The notes: a model not told the origin generated them from the sequence alone. A DNA stretch of 64,000 bases from an uncultured Candidatus Saccharibacteria bacterium (GCA_964407105.1 CAYOUG010000002.1:11041-75040), one strand, 5' to 3'; counted from the stretch's first letter, positions 37,468-49,495 are shown. Numbers and translations: made by a program.

Positions 37468-37965
37468 CTACTGTTGTCCACCGAACGGATCGGTGTAGTA
37501 GATCTTGTCGAAGTCGATCTCGTATGGCTTGAGCACTTCGACAAGAGGATCCTCGTGCATTCGTGGCGGATCGTACCGTGCCTTGAAGCGAAAGAACGTA
37601 CCCGGTTTCATCTTTACCACATCTTTGTGGTTTGTCATGAATCCGGTACCGTCTGGCAGTGCTACCAGTGCCACCGCCGTATCGTAGTTCACGATCTCCA
37701 CAAACATCACCTTGAGGGGGATCCCTGAATAGATGTAGGCGGAGTCGATACCGATCGGATTGATCACACCATTACTAAACGCTTTGGTGTTGGTGTACAT
37801 TCCACTGTACCTGGGCCCAACAGAATTCTCAGTTGTTGTTGGGCTCGACGAATTGCCGTTAGACTTTTCGTCACCCCAATTGGTATAAACAGAAAGCCGA
37901 TAACGCAGATAACGAGAAACGGTCCATACATCCAAGTCCATTCTCGTGCACGTGTCTTATCCATG
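37468..37965 (-). pseudogene. frameshifted paralog of the secreted protein at 28092-28571
   Basis: AGGAG is followed by an ATG at 37965 and a signal-anchor (MDKTRAREWTWMYGPFLVICVIGFLFIPIG) in one frame, 37965-37764. The conserved domain (GIDSAYIYSGIPLKV..ALPDGTGFM..TFFRFKARYD..VEVLKPYEIDFDKIYYTD) is in another frame, 37941-37468. The frames switch near the homopolymers TTTT/CCCC at 37864-37877. Confidence 0.55.
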
Positions 37966-38127
37966 GCCAGTCTCCTAAAAAGATCCTTTTTCCTCAGCTC
38001 AACGATTGAGCTTTCTACATATATGTAATCACATCTAACACATTTTGTCAAATATTCGTAATACCCCAATAATTTGAAATTACGCAGTATTATTGTCAAA
38101 TAAGGCATTTTATGGTTTAATCACCAT

Positions 38128-38832
38128 ATGAATTTTCACATCATCACTTTATTTCCCGACGCGTTTAGCTCGTATCTTAGCGAGTCTATTATTAAGCGTG
38201 CGATAGAAGACAAGAAAATAAAGGTAAAATTATACAACCCACGTGACTACACGGATGATAAATGGAAACGTATTGATCAAAAACCGTACGGTGGTGGCCC
38301 GGGTATGGTGATTCAAGCCTTGCCGGTAATAAAAGCGATTGAAAAAGCAATTGGTAAAAAAGGCGCAAAAACGAACACTAAAAAAGATATCGCTATTACG
38401 GCTAGCGCAAAGTCTCGCGTCAAAAAATTCAAAATTATTTTTCTTTCTCCGAGCGGCACACAATTTACAAACGACTACGCAAAAACCACAGCAAAAAAAT
38501 ATACAGACATCATTATTGTTTCTGGTCGTTATGAGGGTATCGACGCGCGCATTAAAAAGATTTTCAAAATGGAAGATATTTCTGTGGGGCCATTTGTGCT
38601 TACGGGTGGTGAGCTTCCGGCTATGATCATAATCGACTGCATTGCACGACAAATAAAAGGCGTGCTTGGCGATTTTAATTCTCTTGAAGAATCTCGCGTA
38701 TCAAGCCCAGATGTATATACTCGACCCGAAGTGCTTGCGTATAAAGGCAAAAACTATCGGGTACCAAAAGTACTTCTTTCAGGTAATCATGCGAAAATTG
38801 ACGAATGGAGACAGGGGAGAAAGGAAAAATAG
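38128..38832 (+). CDS. trmD: tRNA (guanine37-N1)-methyltransferase
   Basis: HIITLFPDAF...KPYGGGPGMV...VSGRYEGIDARI. It carries a Lys-rich internal insertion. Confidence 0.9.
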   Translation: MNFHIITLFPDAFSSYLSESIIKRAIEDKKIKVKLYNPRDYTDDKWKRIDQKPYGGGPGMVIQALPVIKAIEKAIGKKGAKTNTKKDIAITASAKSRVKKFKIIFLSPSGTQFTNDYAKTTAKKYTDIIIVSGRYEGIDARIKKIFKMEDISVGPFVLTGGELPAMIIIDCIARQIKGVLGDFNSLEESRVSSPDVYTRPEVLAYKGKNYRVPKVLLSGNHAKIDEWRQGRKEK

Positions 38833-38934
38833 ATTTTTTATATAAACTCGATTTATTTTGTTGACATAGTTCTGGTATGAGCATATCCTTTTTAAGGACA
38901 CCGGAACACAAGATCCAATCCAGAAGGAGAAACA

Positions 38935-39234
38935 GTGGCAAAATTTAGATTGTTTTGGAATGATGGACGTATCGATGATGTTGACGGAGAAGATTTCAGA
39001 GATGCCTGTGCTCGAATGAACAGGCCGGTCGAGTTTTTTTTCGATCTTGATTACTACTTCAGAGAGGAAGATGGAATCAAAGTCCAAGTCGCTTGTCGTG
39101 CTTGTTGTGGTTGTCCATGTGATCCACGAAAAGTTACGGCGTGTGTGCACGACCTAGGACGAGTCTTTACTGAAGCATTTTTTGATGAAGTGTCGCTGAT
39201 AGTTGTTCCCATTGGATACGATGCTGGTATCTGA
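38935..39234 (+). CDS. GC-rich hypothetical Cys-rich protein (99 aa, GTG start)
   Basis: AAGGAG sits 5 nt upstream of the GTG. A Cys cluster, CRACCGCPCDPRKVTAC, is present. A TTGACA box lies at 38863. Confidence 0.4.
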   Translation: MAKFRLFWNDGRIDDVDGEDFRDACARMNRPVEFFFDLDYYFREEDGIKVQVACRACCGCPCDPRKVTACVHDLGRVFTEAFFDEVSLIVVPIGYDAGI

Positions 39235-39263
39235 TGGGAATTTTTTTTATACACACCCGATTA

Positions 39264-39292
39264 TTGACAAAAAAACAGCACTGTCCTATACT
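39264..39292 (+). promoter_or_regulatory. strong sigma70 consensus promoter (TTGACA, 17-nt spacer, TATACT) upstream of rpoB
   Basis: TTGACA at 39264-39269 and TATACT at 39287-39292 with a 17-nt spacer. A roughly 190-nt leader containing a small hairpin and T-run (39405-39440) follows. Confidence 0.55.
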
Positions 39293-39480
39293 GTAATTCC
39301 TTATTGCACAAGATTGAGTTGTGGATAGAATGCAATGGTTTAGTAATTGTATCTCAAGCACATCTTGCCTACATACAATATATAAAGCGAGTTTCGCCAC
39401 ATAGACACCTTGAAGAGAGGTGCCTTTTGGCTTTTTATTAGTTTGGGAAATTTCATTAATAACGTCTAAACAACGAACGT

Positions 39481-42400
39481 ATGTCACCACAAACACACGC
39501 GGAGGGAAAGTCCCTTCGAGAGAAAAAGTATTTCGGTCGCTTTAAAAAACCACTCGCTGAGTTGCCAAATTTGGTAGAGTCTCAAATAACCTCGTTTACA
39601 TGGCTTATAGAAAAAGGTCTTAAAGAAGTTTTTGATGAATTTTCTTCAATCAAAGATTATTCTGAAAAAAAGTTTCAGCTAGATTTTACTGGTTTTGAAT
39701 TAAGTCAGCCAAAGTATGACGAGTATTACGCAAAAGATCAGAAAATGTCGTATGAAGCACCACTTAAAGTAAAGGTGCGACTCACGAATCAGATTTTAAA
39801 AACAGTAAAAGAACAGGAAATTTTTCTCGCAGATTTTCCTCTAATGACAAATCACGGTACTTTTATCGTGAGTGGTATTGAGCGTGTAATTGTGCCTCAG
39901 CTCGCTCGATCTTTCGGTGTGTTTTTTACTTCTCAAGAAGTAAAAGGTAAAACTTTGTTTGGTGCAAAAATCATTCCATCTCGTGGTGCATGGATTGAAA
40001 TTGAAACCGATGCAGACAACGTGCTTTATGTGCGTGTAGACAAAAAACGAAAATTTCCTATAACATCTCTTCTTCGTGTGCTTGGTGCGGCTACAGATAA
40101 GGATATTTTGGCGCTTGCGAAAGGTAATGAATTTGCAAAAACTTATCTTGAAAAATCTCTTGCCAAAGACCATGCAAAAACTCTCGACGAAGCGTATGTG
40201 GAGATTTATAAAAAACTTCGTGACGGTGATCTTGCGGCGGTAGAAAATGCAAAAGAATTTGTACTCTCTATTTTTAGTGAAGAAAGATATGATCTTTCTC
40301 GTGTTGGACGTTTTCGATTCAATCAACGTTTCGAAAGATCTCTTGCCGAAAAAGATTTAGAAAAAAAGATAATTACTCTTGCCGATGTAGAAATAATTCT
40401 TTCTCATATTGTTACGTTAAATAACACACCAAACGCTCTTCCAGATGATATCGACCATCTTGGTTCACGACGTGTGCGTTATGTGGGTGAACTTTTTCAG
40501 CAAAAAATTCGCATGGGTATGGCGCAGATAAAACGCAACATTCAAAACAGAATGTCTACGGTGGATACTGACGTTACACTTCCAGTGCAATTTATTAGTC
40601 CAAAGCCACTCCAAGCTCGTATCAAAGAATTTTTTACAACAAATCAGCTTTCTCAGTTTATGCAACAAACAAATGCACTCGAAGAACTCGAACATTTGCG
40701 AACACTTTCTGCTCTTGGTCCTGGAGGTCTAAATCGAGCACGCGCTGGATTTGAAGTGCGTGACGTTCACACATCTCATTATGGCCGACTTTGTCCGATT
40801 CATACACCAGAAGGTCCAAACATCGGTCTTATTTTACGTCTCGGTCTTTATGCTCGTATCAACGAATTTGGAATGATTGAAACTCCATATGCAAAAGTAA
40901 AAAATGGAAAAGTAACCGAAGAAATTGTCTATATGAATGCTCTTGAAGAGGAGTTGTACAAGATAGCACATGCGGCTACAGCTATAGATGAAAATGGAAA
41001 AATTCTTGGTGACAACGTAGAGGTGCGAATTAAGGGAAAACCAGGACTTATCACAAAAGATCAAGTTGATTTTATTGATGTTTCTACAAGTCAGGCTTTT
41101 TCTGTAGCCACTTCAATGATCCCATTTCTTAATCATGATGATGCAAACCGAGCACTTATGGGATCAAATATGCAAAAACAAGCAACTCCTTGTATCGTTC
41201 CAGAAGCTCCTTTTGTGGCAACAGGTATTGAAAATAGAGCGGTGATGGACACCGGAAGACTTGTACTTGCTGAAGAGTCTGGAACAGTAGTATCTTCTGA
41301 TGCAAAGAAAATTGTAGTAAAAAATGAAAAAGGAAAAGAAAAAGAGTATAAGCTTGTAAATTTCTCAAGAACAAACGGTTTTACTGCATTTTATCAACGA
41401 CCGAGTGTAACTGTGGGAGATAAAATAAAAAAAGGACAAGTAATTGCGGACAATTCTTCAAGTGATCGCGGACAAATGGCACTCGGACAAAATATTCTCG
41501 TGGCATTTATGTCGTGGTCTGGATCAAATTATGAAGACGCTATCATTGTGTCAGAACGACTTGTAAAAGAAAGTAAATTCTCATCTATTCATATTGAAGA
41601 ATTTGTGGTAAATGTGCGCGACACAAAACTTGGACCAGAAGTAACCACGTGTGATATTCCAAACGTTGGTGAAGCAAAATTAAAAAATCTTGCCGAAGAT
41701 GGAATTATTCGTATCGGTGCAGAAGTACGATCAGGAGATATTTTAGTTGGAAAAATTACCCCAAAAGGAGAAACTCAGCTTACACCAGAAGAACGTCTCC
41801 TTCGTTCACTCTTTGGTGAAAAAGCCCGCGATGTAAAAGACACATCAAAACGAATGGAGGGTGGAAAAAGAGGCCGTGTTATAAACGTGCAAGTATTCTC
41901 ACGAGAAAAGGGAGACAAGCTTGAATCTGGAATCATTAAGCGAATTCATATCGAGGTTGCTCAACTTCGAACGGTATCTGTGGGCGACAAACTTGCTGGA
42001 CGTCACGGAAACAAAGGTGTTATTTCAAGAATTCTTCCTGAAGAAGATATGCCGTACATGGTTGATGGAACTCCGATAGATATTATTTTGACACCACTTG
42101 GAGTGCCATCTCGTATGAATCTTGGACAAATTCTTGAGCTTCATCTTGGACTAGCAGCCAACACCCTTGGTTATCAAGCTATTGTTCCTTCTTTTGCTGG
42201 AGCAACAGATAAAGAAATAAAAGAGGAACTTGTAAAAGCAGGATTTAATACAAACGGTAAAATGAAACTTTTTGATGGACGCACAGGTGTTGCGTTTGAT
42301 CAAGAAATCGCCGTGGGATACATGTATATTATGAAGCTTCATCACATGGTGGAAGATAAAATTCATATGCGTTCTATTGGTCCTTATTCTCTTATTACAC

Positions 42401-42699
42401 AACAACCACTTGGCGGAAAAGCGCAGGGTGGAGGACAGAGATTTGGAGAAATGGAAGTGTGGGCACTTCTTGGACACGGTGCGGCATATACACTTCGTGA
42501 AATGCTTACTGTAAAATCTGATGACATTGTGGGACGATCAGCAACATTTGATGCAATCGTAAAGGGTGAAAAAATTCAAGATCCAAACACTCCTGCATCA
42601 TTTAATGTGCTTCTCAACAACCTTCGAGGTATATCACTAGATATTGATTTAAAGAAAACGGATGAGTCGGCTCCGTCGGAAGAAGATCAGAATGAATAA
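39481..42699 (+). CDS. rpoB: DNA-directed RNA polymerase beta subunit
   Basis: The product is 1072 aa. The conserved blocks are beta-subunit blocks (GPGGLNRARAGFEVRDVH, NMQKQA, GDKLAGRHGNKGV). Confidence 0.97.
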   Translation: MSPQTHAEGKSLREKKYFGRFKKPLAELPNLVESQITSFTWLIEKGLKEVFDEFSSIKDYSEKKFQLDFTGFELSQPKYDEYYAKDQKMSYEAPLKVKVRLTNQILKTVKEQEIFLADFPLMTNHGTFIVSGIERVIVPQLARSFGVFFTSQEVKGKTLFGAKIIPSRGAWIEIETDADNVLYVRVDKKRKFPITSLLRVLGAATDKDILALAKGNEFAKTYLEKSLAKDHAKTLDEAYVEIYKKLRDGDLAAVENAKEFVLSIFSEERYDLSRVGRFRFNQRFERSLAEKDLEKKIITLADVEIILSHIVTLNNTPNALPDDIDHLGSRRVRYVGELFQQKIRMGMAQIKRNIQNRMSTVDTDVTLPVQFISPKPLQARIKEFFTTNQLSQFMQQTNALEELEHLRTLSALGPGGLNRARAGFEVRDVHTSHYGRLCPIHTPEGPNIGLILRLGLYARINEFGMIETPYAKVKNGKVTEEIVYMNALEEELYKIAHAATAIDENGKILGDNVEVRIKGKPGLITKDQVDFIDVSTSQAFSVATSMIPFLNHDDANRALMGSNMQKQATPCIVPEAPFVATGIENRAVMDTGRLVLAEESGTVVSSDAKKIVVKNEKGKEKEYKLVNFSRTNGFTAFYQRPSVTVGDKIKKGQVIADNSSSDRGQMALGQNILVAFMSWSGSNYEDAIIVSERLVKESKFSSIHIEEFVVNVRDTKLGPEVTTCDIPNVGEAKLKNLAEDGIIRIGAEVRSGDILVGKITPKGETQLTPEERLLRSLFGEKARDVKDTSKRMEGGKRGRVINVQVFSREKGDKLESGIIKRIHIEVAQLRTVSVGDKLAGRHGNKGVISRILPEEDMPYMVDGTPIDIILTPLGVPSRMNLGQILELHLGLAANTLGYQAIVPSFAGATDKEIKEELVKAGFNTNGKMKLFDGRTGVAFDQEIAVGYMYIMKLHHMVEDKIHMRSIGPYSLITQQPLGGKAQGGGQRFGEMEVWALLGHGAAYTLREMLTVKSDDIVGRSATFDAIVKGEKIQDPNTPASFNVLLNNLRGISLDIDLKKTDESAPSEEDQNE

Positions 42700-42725
42700 A
42701 TAAAACTCTCCATAAAAACAAAATC

Positions 42726-45700
42726 ATGAATACAAAAAATACAACAAAGCCAAGATATCCTCGATCAAATCAACAAGATTTTGATGTGATTACACTCAAA
42801 CTTGCGTCTCCAGAAAAAATAAAAGAATGGTCTTTTGGTGAGGTTACAAAACCAGAAACAATAAATTATCGAACACAACGCAGTGAACGAAACGGTCTTT
42901 TTGATGAAAAGATTTTCGGACCAGACAAGGACTATGAATGTTACTGTGGAAAATATCGCGGTATTCGATATAAGGGAGTAATTTGTGAAAAATGTGGAGT
43001 TGAAATTACTCGATCTATAGTACGACGAGATCGAATGGGACACATCGAACTTGCAACACCAGTATCACATATTTGGTTTTTGCGAAGTATGCCATCACGC
43101 ATTAGTATGCTTATGGGTATTTCTACTGCAGATCTCGAAAAAGTAATTTATTTTGCTGGATATATTGTAACAAGTGTTTCTGAGACAGAACGACTTCGAA
43201 TTTTAAAAGATCTCGATTCAGAATTTAAGGCAAAAATAAAATCTGTAAATGATGACAAAACAAAAGAGGCGATAAAAGAAATGCTTCTTACAGCAAAGCG
43301 AGATATTGAAAGTGTTCAAGAAGGTCGTGTACTTGATGAAATAGAATATCATAACTTTTCTGTAAAATATGGAACGCTTTTTGAGGCGGGTATTGGTGCT
43401 GAAGCGATTTATAATATTTTCAAAAAGCTTGATCTACCAACACTCGAATCAAATCTTGTGGCCGAACTTGAAAAGGCTGGAGCACTTGAAATAGACAAAC
43501 TCAACAAACGACTTTCACTCATTCGTTCAATGATAAAGACAGGTGTACGACCAGAGTGGATGTTTCTTACACGCATTCCAGTTATTCCACCAGCTCTTCG
43601 ACCAATGGTGCCACTTGATGGAGGACGTTATGCTACATCAGATGTAAACGATTTGTATCGTCGTGTAATTAATCGAAATAATCGTCTCAAAAAACTAAAA
43701 GAAATTAGCGCGCCAGAAGTTATTTTGCGAAACGAAAAACGTATTCTTCAAGAAGCGGTAGACTCACTTATTGATAATTCTATTCGACACGGTGCTTCTC
43801 CTTCTTCTGCTGTAAATCAATCACAACGTCGACCATTGAAATCTCTCGCAGACAATCTAAAAGGTAAGCGAGGTCTTTTCCGCGCAAATCTTCTTGGAAA
43901 GCGTGTGGATTATTCCGGACGTTCAGTGATCGTTGTAGGTCCAGATCTTAAATTAAATCAATGTGGTCTTCCAAAACACATGGCACTTGAACTTTTCAAA
44001 CCATTTGTTATTTCACAACTTATAAGACGAGAACTTGCATACAATATTCGTGGCGCCAGTCGTCTTATTGAAGATGGAATTCCAGAAGTTTGGGCGATTC
44101 TTGAAGAGGTTATAAAAGACCGATACGTTTTGCTCAATCGTGCACCAACTCTTCATCGTCTTGGTATTCAGGCTTTCAAACCAATTCTTATCGAAGGAAA
44201 TGCTATTCAAGTGCATCCACTTGTGTGTACAGCTTTCAATGCCGACTTCGACGGAGATCAAATGGCGGTGCACGTACCACTTTCAGAAGAAGCTCAAATA
44301 GAAGCTCGCGAGATCATGGCTTCAAATAAAAACATTCTAAAACCAGGAAGTGGAGATCCTATTATTTCAGGAAAAATGCTCGATATCGTGCTTGGTTGTT
44401 ATTGGATGACAAAAATTATTGTTGGTGAATTGGGTGAGGGAATGTATTTTGAAAGTCCAACATCTGCTATCAGAGCGTTTGATTATAACGCGGTTGGTTT
44501 TCGCGCAAAAATAAAAGTTCTTCCTACGGACGAAGTTAAATTCAAACAGTTTGAAGGAAAAATATTTGAAACCTCAGTTGGTCGACTTTTGTTTAATAGT
44601 GTTCTTCCATCAGATTATTCGTACATCAATGCAGACATTGACCGAAAGAAAATGGCGGCACTTGTAGATGATCTTATTGAAAAATATGGTATCGAAAATA
44701 TTCCAAACATCATGGACGATATCAAGGCTTTCGGTTTTAAGTACGCAACTTATTCTGGAGTCACTTGGGGTATTGATGATGTGCTTATTCCAGCAGGAAA
44801 AAATGATGTGATTGCTCGAGCAAAAACAAAAGCAGATGAAGTGATGGATCAATACAAAAACGGTTTTATTTCAGAAGACGAAAGACTTCGAAAAAATATT
44901 GAAATATGGCACGGTGCTAAAAATGAAGTAGAAAAACTTATTCCTGACACTCTTGATAAAAAAGGTTCCGTATATGACATGGTGTATTCTGGTGCCCGAG
45001 GTTCTTTTAGTCAGATTACACAAATGGTGGGAATGAAGGGTCTTATTCAAAATACTGCCGGTGAAACAATAGAATTTCCTATTCTTTCATGTAGTAAAGA
45101 AGGATTAAGTCCACTTGAATATTTCATCACCACTCACGGTTCTCGAAAGGGTCTTACAGACACAGCCTTGAATACAGCAAAAGCGGGATATCTTACTCGT
45201 CGACTTTTCGATGTGGCCCAAGATGCAATTGTTACAGAAGAAGATTGTGGAACAAAAGACGGTATTAAACTTCGAAAAGAAAATGCATCTGGTATAGAAA
45301 TCGCTCTTTCACGAAACTGTAAAGGACGTTTTCTTGCAGAAGATGTATTAAATTCAAAAGGTGAAGTGTTATTTAAAAAAGGAGAATTTCTTACAAAAGA
45401 ATATGCACTTGTAATAGATAAAGAAGGAATACAAGAGGTGGTGGTACGATCTCCTCTTGTATGTAAAACAGCCACCGGTATTTGTGTAAAATGTTACGGT
45501 GCTGATCTTGGAAAACACAAAATTATTGAACTTGGTGAAGCTGTGGGAACTGTTGCGGCTCAAGCTATTGGAGAACCAGGAACACAACTTACAATGCGTA
45601 CATTCCATGCTGGAGGTACTGCATCTGTGGGCGGAGACATCACACAAGGTCTTCCTCGTGTTGAAGAAGTTTTTGAAAAACGAAAACCAAAAAATCCAGC

Positions 45701-46397
45701 TGTGATTACTCATGTAGAGGGCGTTGTAACAGAAGTGGTTACATCTGGTCCTGATAAAAAAATTGTGATTTTGCCTGAAATTTCAGATAAATCAAAACTA
45801 AAAACAAAAGGTGAATTGGAATATCTTGTAAGTCCAATGCGTATGATTTTGGTAAAAACTGGTGATAAAGTAAATCGAGGCGATATGCTTACTGATGGTT
45901 CTGCGGACATTGATGAGCTTTTCCGATTTGCTGGAAAGGAAAAAGCAGAAAATTATATCATTCGTGAAATCAGCAAACTTTACGAGCTTCAGGGAGAAGC
46001 TGTTTCCAGAAAACACATTGAAGTTATTGTGCGTCAAATGTTTTCACGTCGAAAGATAAAAGATAAGGGTGGTACAGAACTTTCTGTGGGAGATGTTGTG
46101 GAGGTATCAGAACTTACCAGTGCAAACAAAAAAGCACGAGAAGCAAATCTTGAAGAATCAAAATCTGATTCAGTGGTGATGGGAATTACTGAAGTATCAC
46201 TTTCACGAAAAAGTTTTCTTTCTGCCGCTTCATTCCAACACACCACAAGGGTGCTTATAAACGGTTCTATTCGTGGAAATACAGATCGACTTATTGGTTT
46301 GAAAGAAAATGTGATCATTGGACGTCTTATTCCAGCCGGCACAGGTTTTAAAGATAGTCCGAAAGAGAAAATGGTGAAGGAAATTTTAGGAAGGTAA
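42726..46397 (+). CDS. rpoC: DNA-directed RNA polymerase beta' subunit
   Basis: The product is 1223 aa. It has the Zn finger [22 protein letters not shown] and the catalytic [14 protein letters not shown]. Confidence 0.97.
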   Translation: MNTKNTTKPRYPRSNQQDFDVITLKLASPEKIKEWSFGEVTKPETINYRTQRSERNGLFDEKIFGPDKDYECYCGKYRGIRYKGVICEKCGVEITRSIVRRDRMGHIELATPVSHIWFLRSMPSRISMLMGISTADLEKVIYFAGYIVTSVSETERLRILKDLDSEFKAKIKSVNDDKTKEAIKEMLLTAKRDIESVQEGRVLDEIEYHNFSVKYGTLFEAGIGAEAIYNIFKKLDLPTLESNLVAELEKAGALEIDKLNKRLSLIRSMIKTGVRPEWMFLTRIPVIPPALRPMVPLDGGRYATSDVNDLYRRVINRNNRLKKLKEISAPEVILRNEKRILQEAVDSLIDNSIRHGASPSSAVNQSQRRPLKSLADNLKGKRGLFRANLLGKRVDYSGRSVIVVGPDLKLNQCGLPKHMALELFKPFVISQLIRRELAYNIRGASRLIEDGIPEVWAILEEVIKDRYVLLNRAPTLHRLGIQAFKPILIEGNAIQVHPLVCTAFNADFDGDQMAVHVPLSEEAQIEAREIMASNKNILKPGSGDPIISGKMLDIVLGCYWMTKIIVGELGEGMYFESPTSAIRAFDYNAVGFRAKIKVLPTDEVKFKQFEGKIFETSVGRLLFNSVLPSDYSYINADIDRKKMAALVDDLIEKYGIENIPNIMDDIKAFGFKYATYSGVTWGIDDVLIPAGKNDVIARAKTKADEVMDQYKNGFISEDERLRKNIEIWHGAKNEVEKLIPDTLDKKGSVYDMVYSGARGSFSQITQMVGMKGLIQNTAGETIEFPILSCSKEGLSPLEYFITTHGSRKGLTDTALNTAKAGYLTRRLFDVAQDAIVTEEDCGTKDGIKLRKENASGIEIALSRNCKGRFLAEDVLNSKGEVLFKKGEFLTKEYALVIDKEGIQEVVVRSPLVCKTATGICVKCYGADLGKHKIIELGEAVGTVAAQAIGEPGTQLTMRTFHAGGTASVGGDITQGLPRVEEVFEKRKPKNPAVITHVEGVVTEVVTSGPDKKIVILPEISDKSKLKTKGELEYLVSPMRMILVKTGDKVNRGDMLTDGSADIDELFRFAGKEKAENYIIREISKLYELQGEAVSRKHIEVIVRQMFSRRKIKDKGGTELSVGDVVEVSELTSANKKAREANLEESKSDSVVMGITEVSLSRKSFLSAASFQHTTRVLINGSIRGNTDRLIGLKENVIIGRLIPAGTGFKDSPKEKMVKEILGR

Positions 46398-46422
46398 ATA
46401 AAGTTTCATTAAAAGTATACGA

Positions 46423-48138
46423 ATGTCTTCATCCGTAGACCTTATAAAAGAAAAGCTTGATGTCGCCGATATTATTGGTTCCTACATTAAGCTTGAAAAA
46501 GCAGGCACAAACTTTAAAGCAAAGTGTCCTTTCCATAATGAAAAAACACCAAGTTTTTTCATTTCTCCAGATCGTGGCACTTACTATTGTTTTGGTTGTG
46601 GTGCAAAGGGTGACATTTTTACTTTTGTGGAAGAGTTTGAGGGTTTAGATTTTCGTGGAGCACTGAAGGCTCTCGCGCTTCGGGCGGGTGTAGAACTCGA
46701 GCAAGAAAATGTTTCGGCTCGTACAGAAAAAGATCGACTTCTCTCGGCACTAGAACAAGCCACATTTTTCTTTGAAAAAAAGTTTTCTGAAACACCAGAA
46801 GCTTCGCGATACATTCTTAATCGTGGACTTACAGAAGCTACAATAAAAGAATGGCGCATTGGTTATACTCCACTTGATTGGCGTCAGCTTCATGATTTTT
46901 TGCTCGAAAGGGGTTTTACAAAAGATGAACTTGAAAAAGTTGGACTTGTAAAAAAAAGTGATAAACGTGAAGGGGATTATTACGATGTGTTTCGTGGACG
47001 TATTATGTTTCCGATTTTTGATCAGTCTGGCAAAGTAATTGCTTTTTCTGGTCGAATTTTGATTGACGACGGAAAGTCTCCAAAATACTTAAACACACCA
47101 GAAACGATTTTGTTTAATAAATCTGAAACTCTTTATGGTTTACACAAAGCAAAAGTAGATATTCGACGCAAAGATTATTCTATTCTTGTGGAGGGACAAA
47201 TGGATTTGGTAATGTCGCATCAGGCGGGTTTTGGAAATACTGTTGCGTCTTCAGGCACTGCTTTTACGTTGGAACACTTGGGTAAATTGAGACGACTTTC
47301 AAATAGGATTATTATGGCCTTTGATGCTGATGGTGCAGGATTTAATGCTTCAAATAAAAGTGCTCAGCTTGCACTTTCGCTTGGTATGGAAGTGAAGGTC
47401 GCATCTTTACCAAAAGGAAGTGATCCAGCAGAACTTATTAAAACCAATATGCCAGCATGGACAGGTGCACTCAAAAACGCACTACACATTATTGATTTTT
47501 ATATGCAATCACTTCTTGCGCAAAAACTTGATCAACGTGTAATGACCAAAGAAATTCAAACTAAAGTTTTGCCATACATAAACATGTTGCAAAGTAGTAT
47601 GGAACGTTCACATTTTGTGTCAAAGGTAGCAAGTGCGGTCGGAATAAAAGAAGAAGCTGTTTGGGAAGATTTGAAAAAGGTTGTAGCGACACAAAGTGTG
47701 GGTGTAGTTCCTTCACAAACTGCACGTGGCAATAGTGTTAGAAAAAATGCTATTGAGAAAAAAATTATCGGCATATATATGTGGCAGGAGAGTCGCGCTG
47801 AAAAACAGCTTGACCCACAAGCACTTTTAGCTAGACTTCAAGATGAGATAGGAAAAGATGAGCTTTCAGAACTTATGAAAACAATAGAACCCAATGCAAG
47901 TGAATTAATATTTGAAATTGAGGCGTATTATGATAAACGTGATACACCCACCCAAGACATTGAAGAGTTGTTTGCAAATTTAAAAGAAGAAAGACTCAAA
48001 GAAACATTTACACGCACCATGACTGATCTTTCTATTGCAGAAAAAGACCACGATGTAAAAAAAATAGAGGAATTACTTGCTTTGTGTCAGGAGTTGTCAA
48101 AAAAAATATCATTGTTGTCAAATAAAAAAATAATTTAA
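46423..48138 (+). CDS. dnaG: DNA primase
   Basis: The Zn-binding region is CPFHNEKTPSF...CFGCGAKGD. A Toprim domain is present (EGQMDLV, DADGAG). Confidence 0.92.
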   Translation: MSSSVDLIKEKLDVADIIGSYIKLEKAGTNFKAKCPFHNEKTPSFFISPDRGTYYCFGCGAKGDIFTFVEEFEGLDFRGALKALALRAGVELEQENVSARTEKDRLLSALEQATFFFEKKFSETPEASRYILNRGLTEATIKEWRIGYTPLDWRQLHDFLLERGFTKDELEKVGLVKKSDKREGDYYDVFRGRIMFPIFDQSGKVIAFSGRILIDDGKSPKYLNTPETILFNKSETLYGLHKAKVDIRRKDYSILVEGQMDLVMSHQAGFGNTVASSGTAFTLEHLGKLRRLSNRIIMAFDADGAGFNASNKSAQLALSLGMEVKVASLPKGSDPAELIKTNMPAWTGALKNALHIIDFYMQSLLAQKLDQRVMTKEIQTKVLPYINMLQSSMERSHFVSKVASAVGIKEEAVWEDLKKVVATQSVGVVPSQTARGNSVRKNAIEKKIIGIYMWQESRAEKQLDPQALLARLQDEIGKDELSELMKTIEPNASELIFEIEAYYDKRDTPTQDIEELFANLKEERLKETFTRTMTDLSIAEKDHDVKKIEELLALCQELSKKISLLSNKKII

Positions 48139-48179
48139 ATATCATGAATAATAACAACAAATAAATTTTAAATATCATT

Positions 48180-49400
48180 ATGAAAAAAAAGAAAAAAACA
48201 ACTTCAAAAAAAATAGCAAAAAAGAAGATCACCAAATCTTCAAAAAAAGTGCTAAAAAAAGCAAAAAAAAGTTTATCAAAAAAAGTTAAAAAGGTTACAT
48301 CTGTACAAGCAAAAAAGAATCAAAAAATTGAGCATGGAGTAAAGATGCTTTTAGCAAAAGGTAAGGAACGAGGCTTTGTAACTCACGATGAAATTTTAAA
48401 AGAATTTCCAACAGTCGAAGATGACATTATGTTTATTGACGATCTTTACTCACAGCTCGCAATAGCGGGTATCGACGTTCTTGAGGGCGGTGGTTTACTT
48501 GACACAAAAGATCCTGCGGATGATCCAGCAATTAAAAAATATACATATAACAAAGGTGAAGGATCGCCATATGATTCTATTCAAATGTATTTAAAAGAAA
48601 TTGGACAGTACCCACTCATTTCAGGAAATCAAGAAAAAGATCTTGCAAAGCGTATTGAAAAAGGGGATCAGGAGGCGAAAAATTTGCTCGCCCGATCAAA
48701 TCTTCGTCTTGTGGTGTCTATTGCTAAAAAATATGTAGGACGAAGCCCCGACCTCACACTTCTCGATCTTATTCAAGAAGGAAATCTCGGTCTTTTTAAG
48801 GCGGTAGATAAATTTGATTGGACAAAAGGATATAAATTTTCTACGTACGCTACATGGTGGATTCGTCAGGCTATTACTCGTGCACTTGCCGACCAGTCCC
48901 GTACCATTCGTGTGCCAGTGCATATGGTAGAAACAATCGCAAAATACAAGCAGGTGGTGCGTCGACTTTCTCAAGATCTTGGCCGTGACCCTCTTCCAGA
49001 AGAAGTGGCGATGGAAATGAATTTGGATGTAGACAAGGTTTACAATATTGAAAAAATTGATCAAAGCACGGTGTCTCTTGAAAGTCCTGTGGGTGATGAT
49101 GGAGATGACGGCAAATCTACACTCGGTGATTTTATCGCTGATGAGAAAATTCTTTCTCCAGATCAAGAATCTTCACGACGTATAATATCAGATCAGGTAA
49201 AAGAAATTCTCAACGACCTTCCACCAAAAGAACGAAAGATTTTGGAAATGCGACATGGACTTGTAGACGGTGTGACTCATACGCTTGAAGAAGTAGGAAA
49301 AGAATTTGGTGTGACTCGTGAACGTATTCGACAAATTGAAGCAAAGGCGCATGAAAAAATTCGACAACACGAAAATATAAATCGCTTAAGAAATTATTAA
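48180..49400 (+). CDS. rpoD: RNA polymerase sigma factor RpoD with a lysine-rich N-terminal tail
   Basis: Regions 2 (DLIQEGNLGLFKAVDKFD, YATWWIRQAI), 3 and 4 (TLEEVGKEFGVTRERIRQIE) are present. The N-terminus is MKKKKKTTSKKIAKKKITKSSKKVLKKAKK... rather than an acidic region 1.1. Confidence 0.9.
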   Translation: MKKKKKTTSKKIAKKKITKSSKKVLKKAKKSLSKKVKKVTSVQAKKNQKIEHGVKMLLAKGKERGFVTHDEILKEFPTVEDDIMFIDDLYSQLAIAGIDVLEGGGLLDTKDPADDPAIKKYTYNKGEGSPYDSIQMYLKEIGQYPLISGNQEKDLAKRIEKGDQEAKNLLARSNLRLVVSIAKKYVGRSPDLTLLDLIQEGNLGLFKAVDKFDWTKGYKFSTYATWWIRQAITRALADQSRTIRVPVHMVETIAKYKQVVRRLSQDLGRDPLPEEVAMEMNLDVDKVYNIEKIDQSTVSLESPVGDDGDDGKSTLGDFIADEKILSPDQESSRRIISDQVKEILNDLPPKERKILEMRHGLVDGVTHTLEEVGKEFGVTRERIRQIEAKAHEKIRQHENINRLRNY

Positions 49401-49495
49401 TAAATTTGTTTGACATTAGTATAACTTTCAGTATTCTTACTTTGGGAATGTACTCAGACTAATTAAACTCACTTAAATCAAGAAAGGGGTGTGTT

